A stretch of DNA of 59,381 nucleotides, filler included, from 4 parts of 4 records of this genome joined end to end with filler, not necessarily neighbours in it; one strand, 5' to 3'. Shown: positions 47,203 to 58,260, counted from the first letter of the whole stretch. Translations and numbers: made by a program. The notes: generated by a model from the letters alone, not told the origin.

Positions 47203-49242
47203 TTATTTTTCCCAAACCGGCATTCGTCCGGGAGTCCAGGGAGCGCCCATTTTATTCAATTCGGCTTCCAGTTCAGGAATTTCATTTTCAACAATTTGTT
47301 TTAATTTTTCCAGCACTGGTGGAAATTCCTCCACAAGAATATCATAATTCTGTTTTTCAGTTTCTGTTATTGCCGATGTTGTATTGCCCCAGTTTGAATA
47401 GGAAATGACATTTAACCGCGAACTTAACGGAACGTCGGCCGGTGGAACTTCTTCGCCACTTGCTTTTGCCGGCAACCCATTTATTGCAAAATTAAGTTCT
47501 TCAAGTTGTACACTTAATTTACGGGCTGTTTCCATTATAGAAGGATTTGCTCCGGGTGTAGCATAAATTGCCTGTTTTATTTGCTCTACCTTTGCAGTAG
47601 TTTCCGTAATCATTCTTTCGGTGCCAATTACAGCCAGTGCAAGTTCATTTACTTTTTGGGCAAACTGAATATTTTCATTGTAATCGTTGGCAGGCAACGT
47701 AGTATTATTTAATTTTTTACATACAAATTCAACCGGCTCAACCAATTCAGTTAATTCACCTTCGTGCCATAATTTCAATCCCACTTTATACGTACCAGGC
47801 ATAGCCAGAATACCACTTCTTCCCGATGCCACAGGATCGAATTCACCGCTAATTCTCATTTGCGAAGTAGCTGTAAAGCGTAAGTTCCAGTTTACACGGT
47901 TTATACCTTTAGAGGGAAGTTTACTAAACTGACTAACGGGATTATTATTTTTATCGTAAATGGTAAAAATAAGGTGCGATTTTTCCTGATTATTTTCCAA
48001 TTGCAACTCTCTCCAAGTAGGCTGTGGTATTGGTTTTCCTTCTTTGAATAACTCTTTCTCTTCTTCCTTTCTTATTTCTTTCTTTGTTTTTGGAACTTCC
48101 TTTAAATAGTAAGTAAACGTGGCTCCAAACTCAGGATTTGGTGCTTTAAAATATGTGCTTCCCTGATTCGTTTTATTTCCTCCCTGAACATACATTAACG
48201 CATCTTCTACTGGGAAAATTAAAGCATCTTTTTCTGTCATTTCGTGCGATAATTCACGCAGTGGACTATAATCGTCGAGGATATAAAAACCACGGCCAAA
48301 AGTTGCCAGCACCAAATCGTTTTCGCGTTCCTGGATAGCAATATCAGCAACCTGAATCGCCGGGATGCCTGATTTTAACTGTACCCAGTTTTCACCTTTA
48401 TCGATGGTAAAGAAAACACCGAATTCTGTTCCCGAAAATAATAAATCCTGACGTTTAAAGTCTTGTACAATGGTATGAACCGATCCATTTTCAGGAAGAT
48501 TCCCTGCAATGGAAGTCCAGGTTTTCCCTTTGTCGGTACTTTTAAAAATATATGGTTTAAAATCGTCGCGTTTCAAATTATTAAATGTCGCATACACAAC
48601 ATTTTCATCAAACTGGTCGGCACAAATATCGCTTACATAAGTATACTCAGGAACACCTTCAAAAGATTTAACCTGTGTCCATGAATCACCTCCGTTTTCA
48701 GAAATTGAAATAACACCATCGTCGGTCCCGGCATAAAGTAATCCTTCTTTAACCGGCGATTCAACCAGCGAAACAATAGTTCCCCACTGCGATGTTGACA
48801 CATCTTTTGAAACTGCACCGGCCGGCCAGTATTTTCCCATAACCGGGAAACTGTTACGATCGACCTGTGCGGTTAAATCATCGCTGATTACTTCCCATGA
48901 ATTACCCCTGTCTTCGCTTTTAAAAACTTTATTGGCCGCCATGTACAAACGGGTACCCTTATGCGGACTTAAAAACATTGGTGCATTCCAGTTCCATTTG
49001 TAGGTTAATTCACCTTTACGTTCAACGGGTTTTATACTTACCGATTCCTGACTGTTTTTATCGAAGCGAAAAACATTTCCATACTGATATTCTGTATAAA
49101 CAATATCATGATTCCCAGGCTCTGTCGCCAGCCAAAATCCATCGCCACCAAGCGTAACTATCCATTCGTCGTTTACTACTCCATCGCTCATCAGATTTTG
49201 TGATGGCCCGTACATTGAATTATTATCCTGTGTTCCTCCATA
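47203..49242 (-). CDS. VPS10/sortilin-like BNR-repeat 'glycosyl hydrolase', 5'-truncated by contig end
   Basis: Frame open to the contig edge (YGGTQDNNSM); Asp-boxes S.D.G.SW, T.D.G..W; ATFGRGFYILDD. Confidence 0.88.
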   Translation of the reverse strand, partial: YGGTQDNNSMYGPSQNLMSDGVVNDEWIVTLGGDGFWLATEPGNHDIVYTEYQYGNVFRFDKNSQESVSIKPVERKGELTYKWNWNAPMFLSPHKGTRLYMAANKVFKSEDRGNSWEVISDDLTAQVDRNSFPVMGKYWPAGAVSKDVSTSQWGTIVSLVESPVKEGLLYAGTDDGVISISENGGDSWTQVKSFEGVPEYTYVSDICADQFDENVVYATFNNLKRDDFKPYIFKSTDKGKTWTSIAGNLPENGSVHTIVQDFKRQDLLFSGTEFGVFFTIDKGENWVQLKSGIPAIQVADIAIQERENDLVLATFGRGFYILDDYSPLRELSHEMTEKDALIFPVEDALMYVQGGNKTNQGSTYFKAPNPEFGATFTYYLKEVPKTKKEIRKEEEKELFKEGKPIPQPTWRELQLENNQEKSHLIFTIYDKNNNPVSQFSKLPSKGINRVNWNLRFTATSQMRISGEFDPVASGRSGILAMPGTYKVGLKLWHEGELTELVEPVEFVCKKLNNTTLPANDYNENIQFAQKVNELALAVIGTERMITETTAKVEQIKQAIYATPGANPSIMETARKLSVQLEELNFAINGLPAKASGEEVPPADVPLSSRLNVISYSNWGNTTSAITETEKQNYDILVEEFPPVLEKLKQIVENEIPELEAELNKMGAPWTPGRMPVWEK

Positions 49243-49342
49243 NNNNNNNNNNNNNNNNNNNNNNNNNNNNNNNNNNNNNNNNNNNNTTAATTAATTAANN
49301 NNNNNNNNNNNNNNNNNNNNNNNNNNNNNNNNNNNNNNNNNN
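49243..49342. other. Artificial contig linker
   Basis: 44 N + TTAATTAATTAA + 44 N. Confidence 0.99.
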
Positions 49343-49343
49343 C

Positions 49344-49928
49344 ATTTCTGATCTTTCTTGGACTAAGAAAATCAAACACCCTGCAGAATTCACATCTATA
49401 GGTTCAGAAATTGAAGTTGTTGTATTGGAAATTGACAAAGACAATCGCCGTCTAAGTCTTGGACACAAGCAACTTGAAGAGAACCCATGGGAAGTATTCG
49501 AGTCTATTTTTGCAGTAGATTCAGTTCACGAAGGTACAGTTACCGAGCTTACTGAAAAAGGTGCAGTTGTTTCTCTTCCTTATGGAGTAGAGGGATTTGC
49601 AACTCCTAAACATCTTGTGAAAGAAGATGGTGGTAAGGTAGGTATGGATGAGAAAAATAACTTTAAAGTTATTGAATTCAATAAAGATGCTAAACGTATT
49701 ATTGTTTCTCATAGCCGTATTTTCGAAGATGATCAGCGCGCAGAAAATGCACAACAACGCAAAGCAACTAAGAGTGCAACCAAAAAATTGAAAGATAATT
49801 TGGAAAAAACCACACTTGGTGATATTGCTGAATTAGCTGCATTGAAAGACGAAATGGCCAGTGACTCAGCAAAAAAGGAAACTAAAGCTAAAGCCAAAGG
49901 TACTGACGACGCAAAAAAAGATGAGTAA
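49344..49928 (+). CDS. rpsA: 30S ribosomal protein S1, 3' part
   Basis: ISDLSWTKKIKHP, RRLSLGHKQLEENPW, EKTTLGDI; frame open from the contig start. Confidence 0.95.
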   Translation: MSDLSWTKKIKHPAEFTSIGSEIEVVVLEIDKDNRRLSLGHKQLEENPWEVFESIFAVDSVHEGTVTELTEKGAVVSLPYGVEGFATPKHLVKEDGGKVGMDEKNNFKVIEFNKDAKRIIVSHSRIFEDDQRAENAQQRKATKSATKKLKDNLEKTTLGDIAELAALKDEMASDSAKKETKAKAKGTDDAKKDE

Positions 49929-49992
49929 ACCGCTGATTTTTTTTGGTTGACTGGAAAGGAAGTCGTATTTTTAACTAAAATTCTTTACTCCT

Positions 49993-50349
49993 ATGGATTT
50001 TAAAATAGAAAAGAAAGACAAGTATACCGAAATTCAGGTAATGGTCGACAAGCTTGATACGCACATTGCACCATCTTTGAAATCAGAATTAGTGCTAATT
50101 GCAGGAAATGGTGAGAAAAACATCATTCTAGATTTAAGTAACGCACGTTATTGTGATTCATCGGGTTTGAGTGCTATTCTTGTAGCAAATCGCTTATGTA
50201 AGAATGCTAACGGTGTATTTATTTTATCCGGTCTCCAAACAGCTGTTGAAAGACTGATTACTATCTCTCAGCTAGATACTGTATTGAATATTGCAGATGA
50301 TATGGTTCAGGCAGAGGACATGTTGAATAAAGAACTTGATAAAGGTTGA
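49993..50349 (+). CDS. STAS domain anti-sigma factor antagonist
   Basis: LDLS..YCDSSGLSAIL phosphoacceptor motif. Confidence 0.9.
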   Translation: MDFKIEKKDKYTEIQVMVDKLDTHIAPSLKSELVLIAGNGEKNIILDLSNARYCDSSGLSAILVANRLCKNANGVFILSGLQTAVERLITISQLDTVLNIADDMVQAEDMLNKELDKG

Positions 50350-51308
50350 TGCGATTTGAACTTACGATTTTAGGATCAGGTTCAGCATTACCTACATCAA
50401 ATCGAAATACTACCGCTCAGGTACTTAATGTACTTGAGCGGTTTTTTTTGATTGATTGTGGCGAAGGAACACAACATCAATTAAGGCGATTTAAAGTTTC
50501 TTTTAATCAAATCAATCATATCTTAATATCACATTTACATGGTGATCACTACTTTGGACTATTTGGGCTAATCTCAACTATGTCATTGGTTGGCAGAGAC
50601 AGACCATTGCATATATATGGGCCTCCTGATTTAGAAAATATACTAGCCACAATCTTAAAACCTCAATTTGATAAGCCTCCGTATCCAATTATTTTTCATT
50701 CTCTTAATGCTGATGACGCATCAATTATTTTTGAAGATAAGGTTTTAACTGTTACTGCATTTCCACTAAAGCACAGTTTGCCAGTATGGGGATTTAACTT
50801 TGAAGAAAAACCTCGACCAAGAAAAATAATTCCGGAAAAGATTGAAGAATATAAAATATCTATACCTGAGATAAATAGCATTAAGAACGGTGGATCGCTT
50901 GAACGAGCAAATCATATAATTCCTAATAATGAATTAACAATCGATCCATTAAGTCCTCGTTCCTATACTTTTATGACAGATACTTTATTAACCAGAAAAT
51001 ATATTGATATAGTTAAAGACACTCAATTGCTTTACCATGAGGCTACTTTTATTCATGAGGATATTTCTCTGGCCAGAAAAACCATGCATACAACAGCACA
51101 GCAAGCTGCTAAATTTGCTGATGAAGCCCGCGTTGAAAAACTAATTATTGGACATTTTAGCACGAGATATAAATCAGATGATCTTTTTTTAGAAGAAGCA
51201 AGAACCCATTTTAATGATACACAATTAGCCGTTGATGGATTGATGGTTACCTGGCCAGATAACAATAACGAAGATTTTCAGTTTGATATAATAAGTGCGA
51301 CAAGTTAG
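50349..51308 (+). CDS. rnz: Ribonuclease Z
   Basis: LGSGSALP, DCGEGTQ, SHLHGDH, HEATF, GHFSTRY. Confidence 0.93.
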   Translation: MRFELTILGSGSALPTSNRNTTAQVLNVLERFFLIDCGEGTQHQLRRFKVSFNQINHILISHLHGDHYFGLFGLISTMSLVGRDRPLHIYGPPDLENILATILKPQFDKPPYPIIFHSLNADDASIIFEDKVLTVTAFPLKHSLPVWGFNFEEKPRPRKIIPEKIEEYKISIPEINSIKNGGSLERANHIIPNNELTIDPLSPRSYTFMTDTLLTRKYIDIVKDTQLLYHEATFIHEDISLARKTMHTTAQQAAKFADEARVEKLIIGHFSTRYKSDDLFLEEARTHFNDTQLAVDGLMVTWPDNNNEDFQFDIISATS

Positions 51309-52642
51309 AAAATATATCCCCAGTGTAAATTAATCCAGGCTTCTTCTCTACTATTATATACAACTTCAATCCTCCCAACCCAATCATAATAAGTTAAAAA
51401 GTCTATCCCTGCACCAATGCTCATTGGAGTTTGTTCAGTAAATTCTTGAATAAAATTGGTTGAATAACCAACTTCTGCGAATCCATTTAAAAATATGCTA
51501 AGGAAGGGTTTGTTAAACTTTTTTGATGGTATCCAATCAAACTCAAATTGTTTTTTGTCAAGTAGCGTGTACTTTAGTTGTAGTCTATTTAATAAGATTA
51601 AATCATTATGGAATATATAGTCTTCAAAACCACGTATGTACCAGGTTTTTCCTTGACCGGCAAATACAAAATATGGAAACTGTTTTGTGTAAGATATATA
51701 GCTATTTAACCCATATGAGAATGTTAATTTATTTGCTACTGAATTATGGAAACTAATATTAAAATCAGTATAAGCATAATGTTTCTTACCGAGTCCAACT
51801 TCATGGTTAAGCCTTATTTTAGTTCCTTGCAAAGGATACATTACATAGTCACCATTGAAATAGTTAAATGTGTAGCCAAGTGCATAGTATTCAGTTTGGT
51901 TTTGAATCGGTTTTCTAAATAAATAACTGATGGACTCATCGTAATTATATTGTCTATAACCACTATAAAATCTGTGCTTTGAGTAGAATGCTGGTCTGAA
52001 ATTTACACCTGCAAGAGCTCTTAATTCATGATAAATATATTGGTTAGATTTTAAATCAACATATTGCAAGTCATCAATGCCTGCGTGTATTTCTTTTTGT
52101 CTGAAATAAGATATATCAGTAAATAGACCTAAGTTATTATTGTTGAAAAGCATGGGGATATTATAATTCAAAGCATATTGTTCTCTAATGCCTCTCCTGA
52201 TTTTAAATCTAAGTCTTTGATTTAATCCAAGCAGATTTCTCTTTTCCAGAATAATACCATAGTTAATGTAGTCAATTCTTTGTCGACGAACCCAGGTGGC
52301 CAAATTAGGATCAGCATATTCAAAGATTGGTATGGGCCAGAAATACCAGCGCTCTTCAAGTTTAATAATTACATTTACAAAATTACCTACTTGTAAATAT
52401 TCTAGATAAGCGTTGTGAAATAATCTCGTGTTAATTAGATTTTTTTGCGATGAAGAAAGAGCATTAGATAAATCAGAAATGGTATCACCGATGTTGAATT
52501 TCAGCTCTCTTTCAATGATTTTACGCTTAGTTTTATCATTACCCTTTATGATTATGTCATTGATTATTAATTTACTATTTTCTTGCCCAAATGAAATTAG
52601 AGCAAATGCTAAGAAAATGGTAATGATGATAAAACGATGCAT
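51305..52642 (-). CDS. Single-POTRA BamA/TamA-like outer membrane protein
   Basis: Signal peptide, GNDKTKRKIIERE POTRA, ERWYFWP, IRGFE, C-terminal Phe. Confidence 0.8.
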   Translation of the reverse strand: MHRFIIITIFLAFALISFGQENSKLIINDIIIKGNDKTKRKIIERELKFNIGDTISDLSNALSSSQKNLINTRLFHNAYLEYLQVGNFVNVIIKLEERWYFWPIPIFEYADPNLATWVRRQRIDYINYGIILEKRNLLGLNQRLRFKIRRGIREQYALNYNIPMLFNNNNLGLFTDISYFRQKEIHAGIDDLQYVDLKSNQYIYHELRALAGVNFRPAFYSKHRFYSGYRQYNYDESISYLFRKPIQNQTEYYALGYTFNYFNGDYVMYPLQGTKIRLNHEVGLGKKHYAYTDFNISFHNSVANKLTFSYGLNSYISYTKQFPYFVFAGQGKTWYIRGFEDYIFHNDLILLNRLQLKYTLLDKKQFEFDWIPSKKFNKPFLSIFLNGFAEVGYSTNFIQEFTEQTPMSIGAGIDFLTYYDWVGRIEVVYNSREEAWINLHWGYIF

Positions 52643-53307
52643 TAAATATCTAAATACTGCATGAATGAATCGAAGCGGTCTTGTATTATATCATTGAATC
52701 TATCTTCATTTGCATACGAAGCACTAACTTCATATTCATACCTCTCAAAAGTTCTAATTATTGAGGTTAGGTCATTTTTATTTACTTTCAATGTAACCCT
52801 CATTCGCATTGAGTCAGGTATATTTGAAGTGTAACAAGCCATAATTCTGGCTTCATTACTTTCTACTATTTGAGATATTTCATGAAGCGAGTAGTCATTT
52901 ACGTGCATTTCCAGAATAATGATACCTCCGGGAGAATCACTAGTAAACATTATAGATAGTCCTTCAATTAAGGTAGGCAACGTAATTAGACCTTTGAAAT
53001 ATTTATCATTATTTACAACTGGTAATGCGGTTAATCTTAATTTGCTAAATATATCAATGATTTCGAAGAAATGTTGGTTTGGTGCTACTTTAGCAGGAAT
53101 GAATTTATTATTAAGCTCTGAAACCGGGTTGTCAAAGATATTTGCATCATAAATCATGTTATCAGAAATCAAACCCTTGTATATTTGATTTTCAACAACA
53201 GGTAGATGTGAGATTTTGAAAACCTCCATCCAACTTAGCGCTGTATTGCAATAATCTTTTGGTTTCAGCGCCGGTACAACATCCGACATGATTTGTTCTG
53301 CTATCAT
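52642..53307 (-). CDS. CBS domain protein (Bacteroidetes type)
   Basis: SHLPVV, LPVV CBS pair; DYSLHEISQIVESN, RTFERYEY. Confidence 0.88.
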   Translation of the reverse strand: MIAEQIMSDVVPALKPKDYCNTALSWMEVFKISHLPVVENQIYKGLISDNMIYDANIFDNPVSELNNKFIPAKVAPNQHFFEIIDIFSKLRLTALPVVNNDKYFKGLITLPTLIEGLSIMFTSDSPGGIIILEMHVNDYSLHEISQIVESNEARIMACYTSNIPDSMRMRVTLKVNKNDLTSIIRTFERYEYEVSASYANEDRFNDIIQDRFDSFMQYLDI

Positions 53308-53322
53308 ATAATGAAAAACAAT

Positions 53323-53330
53323 TACATTTG
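53323..53330 (+). promoter_or_regulatory. Bacteroidetes -7 promoter element
   Basis: TACATTTG matches TAnnTTTG, upstream of pdxJ. Confidence 0.55.
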
Positions 53331-53372
53331 TAGTTCTAAAGTAAACAAATCCTTTGCAAAAAAAAATATTTT

Positions 53373-54101
53373 ATGACCAGACTAAGTGTAAATATCAATA
53401 AAATTGCCACCATACGAAATGCGCGAGGTGGAGGTATACCAGATGTAAGAAAAGCTGCAATTGACTGTCAAAAATTTGGAGCTGAGGGTATTACAGTTCA
53501 CCCCAGACCAGATGAAAGACATATCCGATATCAGGATGTATTAGATATAAAGCCCGAGATTGTAACGGAGTTTAATATAGAAGGAAATCCAACGGAGAAC
53601 TTTTTAAAGCTTGTGAAATCTGTGAAGCCCCATCAAGTCACACTTGTTCCAGATGCTCCTGATGCTTTAACTAGTAATGCAGGTTGGGATACAATAACAA
53701 ATAAAGAATTTTTGACGAATGTGATTAAATCGTTGAAAAATGAGGGGATAAGAACTTCAATATTTATAGGTACAGATTTAGATCTCATAAAACACGCTGC
53801 TGATACTGGTACAGATCGGGTTGAGCTTTATACAGAGCCTTACGCAGTTGACTTTCCTGATAATCCCGAAAAAGCAGTGGCGCCATTCGCTAAGGCTGCT
53901 GAAGTTGCGCATCAGGTGGGTTTGGAAGTTAATGCCGGGCACGATCTTGATTTAAATAACCTCAAATATTTTGTAAAATATGTGAAACCGTTACATGAGG
54001 TCTCAATTGGTCATGCATTAATTAGTGATGCCCTTTATTTTGGCTTAGAGAATGTAATTCAGATGTATTTGAAGGAAATACATGATGCTTTTTATGGTTA
54101 A
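53373..54101 (+). CDS. pdxJ: Pyridoxine 5'-phosphate synthase
   Basis: [40 protein letters not shown]. Confidence 0.96.
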   Translation: MTRLSVNINKIATIRNARGGGIPDVRKAAIDCQKFGAEGITVHPRPDERHIRYQDVLDIKPEIVTEFNIEGNPTENFLKLVKSVKPHQVTLVPDAPDALTSNAGWDTITNKEFLTNVIKSLKNEGIRTSIFIGTDLDLIKHAADTGTDRVELYTEPYAVDFPDNPEKAVAPFAKAAEVAHQVGLEVNAGHDLDLNNLKYFVKYVKPLHEVSIGHALISDALYFGLENVIQMYLKEIHDAFYG

Positions 54102-54170
54102 ACTAATGCAACATTTGATAATATTTCTTGTTTGATACATTATATGTGAAATTTTCTCAAATCTTGTAAA

Positions 54171-54965
54171 ATGAAATTAAACAGTCAGATAATTGGTCAG
54201 GGCCAACCTTTAATAATATTGCACGGATTGTACGGTTCTTCAGATAACTGGCTTAGTCACGCTAAGCAGCTTTCTGACCGGTATGAAGTGCATTTAGTTG
54301 ATCAACGAAATCATGGTAAATCTCCTCATTCAGCCGAGCATAATTATACGGCTATGGAGGGTGATTTATGGCAATATTTTCAAGATCATCAGATAGAGAG
54401 AGCAGTTATTATGGGGCATAGCATGGGTGGAAAAACAGCTATGTTTTTTGCTTTGGCACACCCTGAAAGCGTTAGTGCACTAATTGTGGTTGATATGTCA
54501 CCAAAAAGTTATGATAGTTTAGAAGATGCAAAGACGCTTTATCATAAAGAGATTTTTGAAGGTTTACGTTCAATAAATATATCTACAATCGAAACAAGAA
54601 CTCAAGCCGAAGAGCAATTAGCAGCATATATTGATCAGCCAAGAATTCGTAAGTTTTTGTTGAAAAATTTACAACGTCGACCTGACGATAAATCATTTTA
54701 TTGGTTATTGAATCTGGAAGGATTATTTAATAGTCTTGAAAATATTTTAGAAGGAATTGATCCGGATATGGTAAGTCCACTTACAGCGTTTCCTGCAATT
54801 TTTATAAGAGGAGAGAAGAGCGGTTATATAGATGATGAGGCCATTCCTATAATACGGGCTATATTTCCGTATGCTGAAGTTGAAACCATTGAAAATGCCG
54901 GACACTGGTTGCATGCTGAACAGCCGGAAGCTTTTATGCAAGTAGTAAATAATTTCCTCGACTAA
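54171..54965 (+). CDS. Alpha/beta hydrolase, YbfF-like esterase
   Basis: LHGLYGSSDNW, DQRNHG, GHSMGG, AGHWLHAEQP. Confidence 0.92.
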   Translation: MKLNSQIIGQGQPLIILHGLYGSSDNWLSHAKQLSDRYEVHLVDQRNHGKSPHSAEHNYTAMEGDLWQYFQDHQIERAVIMGHSMGGKTAMFFALAHPESVSALIVVDMSPKSYDSLEDAKTLYHKEIFEGLRSINISTIETRTQAEEQLAAYIDQPRIRKFLLKNLQRRPDDKSFYWLLNLEGLFNSLENILEGIDPDMVSPLTAFPAIFIRGEKSGYIDDEAIPIIRAIFPYAEVETIENAGHWLHAEQPEAFMQVVNNFLD

Positions 54966-55684
54966 GCAAATACAATATCTGTGTCAGGGATTAACGGTTC
55001 AACTCTATATTTTAAGAAAAGTTGAATAATAGCTACTACATCTTTTTGGCAATACTGAACAATGCGATCAAGGTTTTTCTCTTCCCAATAAACTTTGTGA
55101 ACATCAGCACCAGAAATATCATCTTTGGGAGTTGGAATGTTGAAAATTTTGGTCAATAGAGCAAGAGAAGTGTAGTTTTTATAATCACCGAATTTCCATA
55201 GTTCAAGAGTGTCTAAGTGCCTTATTTCCCACGGTTTTTTACCGGCAATTTGCAATATCTCCGGCAACATTATTTCATTTACCAGCATTCTTCGTGCAAT
55301 GTAAGGAAAGTCAAATTCTTTACCATTGTGTGCACATAAAAGTTTGTCTTTTTCAGTATAACTAGAGTTCAATAAAGCTTTGAATTTTTCAAGTAGCTCT
55401 TTTTCATTATCAGATGCAAAAGATTTAATTCTAATTTTGTGATCAGGCGTTACTATACCACATGATATGCATACAATTTTTCCAAATTCCGCATAGATTC
55501 CGGCTTTTGTGTAGAGTTCTTCATGATCTTCATCTTCAGATTTACTGATTCTTTCAGCTTTTTTATCCCACAAAGCTCTTGTGTTTTCATCGAGATCATT
55601 GTATGATGGAATCTCTGGAACTGTTTCAATATCAAGAAATAATATATTTTGGATGGGAATTGAATAAATATTATCTGCTTGCAT
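54962..55684 (-). CDS. Stand-alone PolB-like 3'-5' exonuclease (DEDDy)
   Basis: FLDIET, HNGKEFDFP, YCQKD. Confidence 0.88.
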   Translation of the reverse strand: MQADNIYSIPIQNILFLDIETVPEIPSYNDLDENTRALWDKKAERISKSEDEDHEELYTKAGIYAEFGKIVCISCGIVTPDHKIRIKSFASDNEKELLEKFKALLNSSYTEKDKLLCAHNGKEFDFPYIARRMLVNEIMLPEILQIAGKKPWEIRHLDTLELWKFGDYKNYTSLALLTKIFNIPTPKDDISGADVHKVYWEEKNLDRIVQYCQKDVVAIIQLFLKYRVEPLIPDTDIVFA

Positions 55685-55695
55685 GTAGTGTTTGT

Positions 55696-56298
55696 TTAAA
55701 GATTCATTTTAATGATTTGGGTTAAGATATCAATAGCTACCTTATTTTTTCCTCCTTGAGGTACTATCAGATCAGCAAATGATTTTGATGGTTCTATAAA
55801 TTGTAGGTGCATCGGTTTTACTGATTTATTATAACGTTCAAGCGTTTTCTTAACGGATCGACCTCTTTCTTCCAGGTCTCTGTTTAAAACACGAATGAGT
55901 CTCTCATCAGCATCTGCATGTACAAAGACTTTTATATCAAAAAGATCTCTAAGTTCTGGATGAGTAAGCACTAGAATACCTTCAACAATGATTACCTTTT
56001 TGGGTCTTACCTCTATATATTCATCACTTCTCGTACAAGTTACATATGAATAAATGGGTTGTTGAACAGGTAAGTCTTCTTTTAGATCTTTAATATGTTC
56101 AACTAATAAATCAAACTCTAAAGAATTTGGGTGGTCAAAATTTATTTCCATCCTTTCTTCAATGGGCAAATGGCTGTTGTCTTTGTAATAAGAATCTTGT
56201 GATAAGATACTTACTTCACCTTCAGGGATAGATTCAACTATTTTGCGAACTACGGTTGTTTTACCAGAACCGGTTCCGCCGGCAATACCTATAATCAT
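55696..56298 (-). CDS. udk: Uridine kinase
   Basis: GIAGGTGSGKTT, NFDHP, IIVEGIL, FIEPSK..AD. Confidence 0.95.
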   Translation of the reverse strand: MIIGIAGGTGSGKTTVVRKIVESIPEGEVSILSQDSYYKDNSHLPIEERMEINFDHPNSLEFDLLVEHIKDLKEDLPVQQPIYSYVTCTRSDEYIEVRPKKVIIVEGILVLTHPELRDLFDIKVFVHADADERLIRVLNRDLEERGRSVKKTLERYNKSVKPMHLQFIEPSKSFADLIVPQGGKNKVAIDILTQIIKMNL

Positions 56299-56439
56299 TT
56301 TTGGAGCTAAAGTTAAAAAAATATCCGAAAATTATCTTTTAGAATTGCTTCATATATTAGCTTTTTAACTTAAATACCCTTCGCTTTTGCTACTATTTTT
56401 ATATCTTCACGCCGGATTTATCTTACCGTTAATATTATT

Positions 56440-57426
56440 ATGAGCCAATTATATCCACTAAAATTTCAATCAATATTTAAAGAGAAAGTTTGGGGTGGTA
56501 CTCGCCTAAAAACTGTATTGAAAAAAAATATACCCAATGATAAAACTGGAGAAAGTTGGGAGCTTAGTGCTGTTGAAGGAGATGTTTCAGTTGTTACTAA
56601 TGGTTTTCTTGCTGATAATACCCTAGAAGAATTAATTGAGGTTTATATGGGAGATATAGTGGGGGAAAGGATTTTTGAAGAATTTGGAACTGTTTTTCCC
56701 TTACTTTTCAAATTTATTGATGCAAATGATTTTCTGTCAGTTCAGGTTCATCCGGGTGATGAGTTAGCTACAAAAAAACACAATGCATTTGGAAAAACTG
56801 AGTTGTGGTACATTGTTGATTCTGAAGAAGATGCGTTAGTTTACGCAGGTTTCAAAAAGGCTTTGACAAAAAATGATTTTAAAAAGCTAATTGAAAAAAA
56901 TGAAGTTGAGGGTATTCTTCGGACAGAGAAGGTGAAAAAAGATGATGCCTTATTTATTCCTGCAGGGCTAATTCATGCTACAGGTCCTGGTGTATTATTT
57001 GCTGAAATTCAACAAACTTCTGATTTGACATACAGAGTTTATGATTGGAATAGAAAGGGAATTGATGGTAAACCAAGGGAATTGCATATTGATGATGCTT
57101 TAGAGGCAATTGATTTTCATAAAGTAAATTCGGCTAAGATAAAATATCAAAGTGACAAAGGATATGTAAATGAGTTGAATGAGAATGATCATTTTGTTGT
57201 AAATAAACTGATTCTGAATGAGCCATTTCAGGCTGAATATAATGATTTAGACAGTTTTGTAGTGTATATGTGTCTGAATGGGAACGCAGAATTAAATTAT
57301 TGCGATACCAAAACCGAATCAATACAAAAAGGAGAAACTGTTTTGATACCTTCTGTTTTGGAAACAATAAAAATTATACCAGATAATGAATTGGAGATAC
57401 TGGAAGTATATATACCGAAGCGGTAA
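56440..57426 (+). CDS. manA: Mannose-6-phosphate isomerase type I
   Basis: VWGG, GESWE, LSVQVHP, GKTELWY, HA, EIQQTSD.TYR.YD. Confidence 0.92.
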   Translation: MSQLYPLKFQSIFKEKVWGGTRLKTVLKKNIPNDKTGESWELSAVEGDVSVVTNGFLADNTLEELIEVYMGDIVGERIFEEFGTVFPLLFKFIDANDFLSVQVHPGDELATKKHNAFGKTELWYIVDSEEDALVYAGFKKALTKNDFKKLIEKNEVEGILRTEKVKKDDALFIPAGLIHATGPGVLFAEIQQTSDLTYRVYDWNRKGIDGKPRELHIDDALEAIDFHKVNSAKIKYQSDKGYVNELNENDHFVVNKLILNEPFQAEYNDLDSFVVYMCLNGNAELNYCDTKTESIQKGETVLIPSVLETIKIIPDNELEILEVYIPKR

Positions 57427-58255
57427 TTTTCTATTTTTTCTTTTTTTACTTTCTTTTAATGTTTTAGCTCAGAATATTGATTCTTCAGCAATTGATTTAC
57501 TAGGCAAGGTTGATTCGACGCTTAGAATTACAAATTCTATTCATTTTAAAGCAGAGCTTTTTGCTAGAATGAAAGATGATGATTATGAGCAAGAAGCAGT
57601 ATTTAAATTCCAACGTAAGCCACTAAAGATTTATTACCGACAATTTAAGGGTAATAATATTGAATTGCTTTTTGATGAAACAAAAGATAAAGAAAAAGCA
57701 CTTGTAAATCCGGATGGTTTTCCATACACCAATTTGCATATATCTCCTTATTCATCATTAATTTTAAAGAGACAACATCATAGTGTTTTTGAAGCTGATC
57801 CAATTTATACCATTGATCAGCTACTTTATATGATCGAAAAATGCAAACCCAATAAGTGTAATATTGTACTTGATGATACTTTGATTAATAATCATCAATA
57901 CAAAGTTATTAATTATGAGAATATTTTTTATAAGGTGGTTAAAGTTGTCGCAGACAAGGATATAGAATTATTAGATTTTGCTAAAAAATACAAATTAAAT
58001 TTTTATTCCATTGTGTGTTTAAATGATGGATTTGATAATTCAACTGAAATTGAAAAAGGAGAAGTTGTAAATATTCCTTCTAGTTATGCGCAAAGGATAG
58101 AACTGATTGTAAATCCTATCAATAATCAAATTGTTGAGGTTCAGGTTTATGATAGTAAAGGTTTGTTTGAGAAAATGAAATATATTTGGTTTCGAAAAGA
58201 TGTAAATTTTACAGATATTGATTTTGATAAAGATAACCCGGATTATAATTTTTAG
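57386..58255 (+). CDS. DUF1571-like exported protein with an inserted LysM-like segment; start uncertain
   Basis: Signal peptide; [29 protein letters not shown]...GEVVNIP. Confidence 0.6.
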   Translation: MNWRYWKYIYRSGNFLFFLFLLSFNVLAQNIDSSAIDLLGKVDSTLRITNSIHFKAELFARMKDDDYEQEAVFKFQRKPLKIYYRQFKGNNIELLFDETKDKEKALVNPDGFPYTNLHISPYSSLILKRQHHSVFEADPIYTIDQLLYMIEKCKPNKCNIVLDDTLINNHQYKVINYENIFYKVVKVVADKDIELLDFAKKYKLNFYSIVCLNDGFDNSTEIEKGEVVNIPSSYAQRIELIVNPINNQIVEVQVYDSKGLFEKMKYIWFRKDVNFTDIDFDKDNPDYNF

Positions 58256-58260
58256 AAGAT

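Noticed and set aside
54962-55684. Defence- or CRISPR-associated exonuclease
   Set aside because: A common stand-alone Bacteroidetes PolB-like exonuclease in housekeeping context; no cas genes or arrays.
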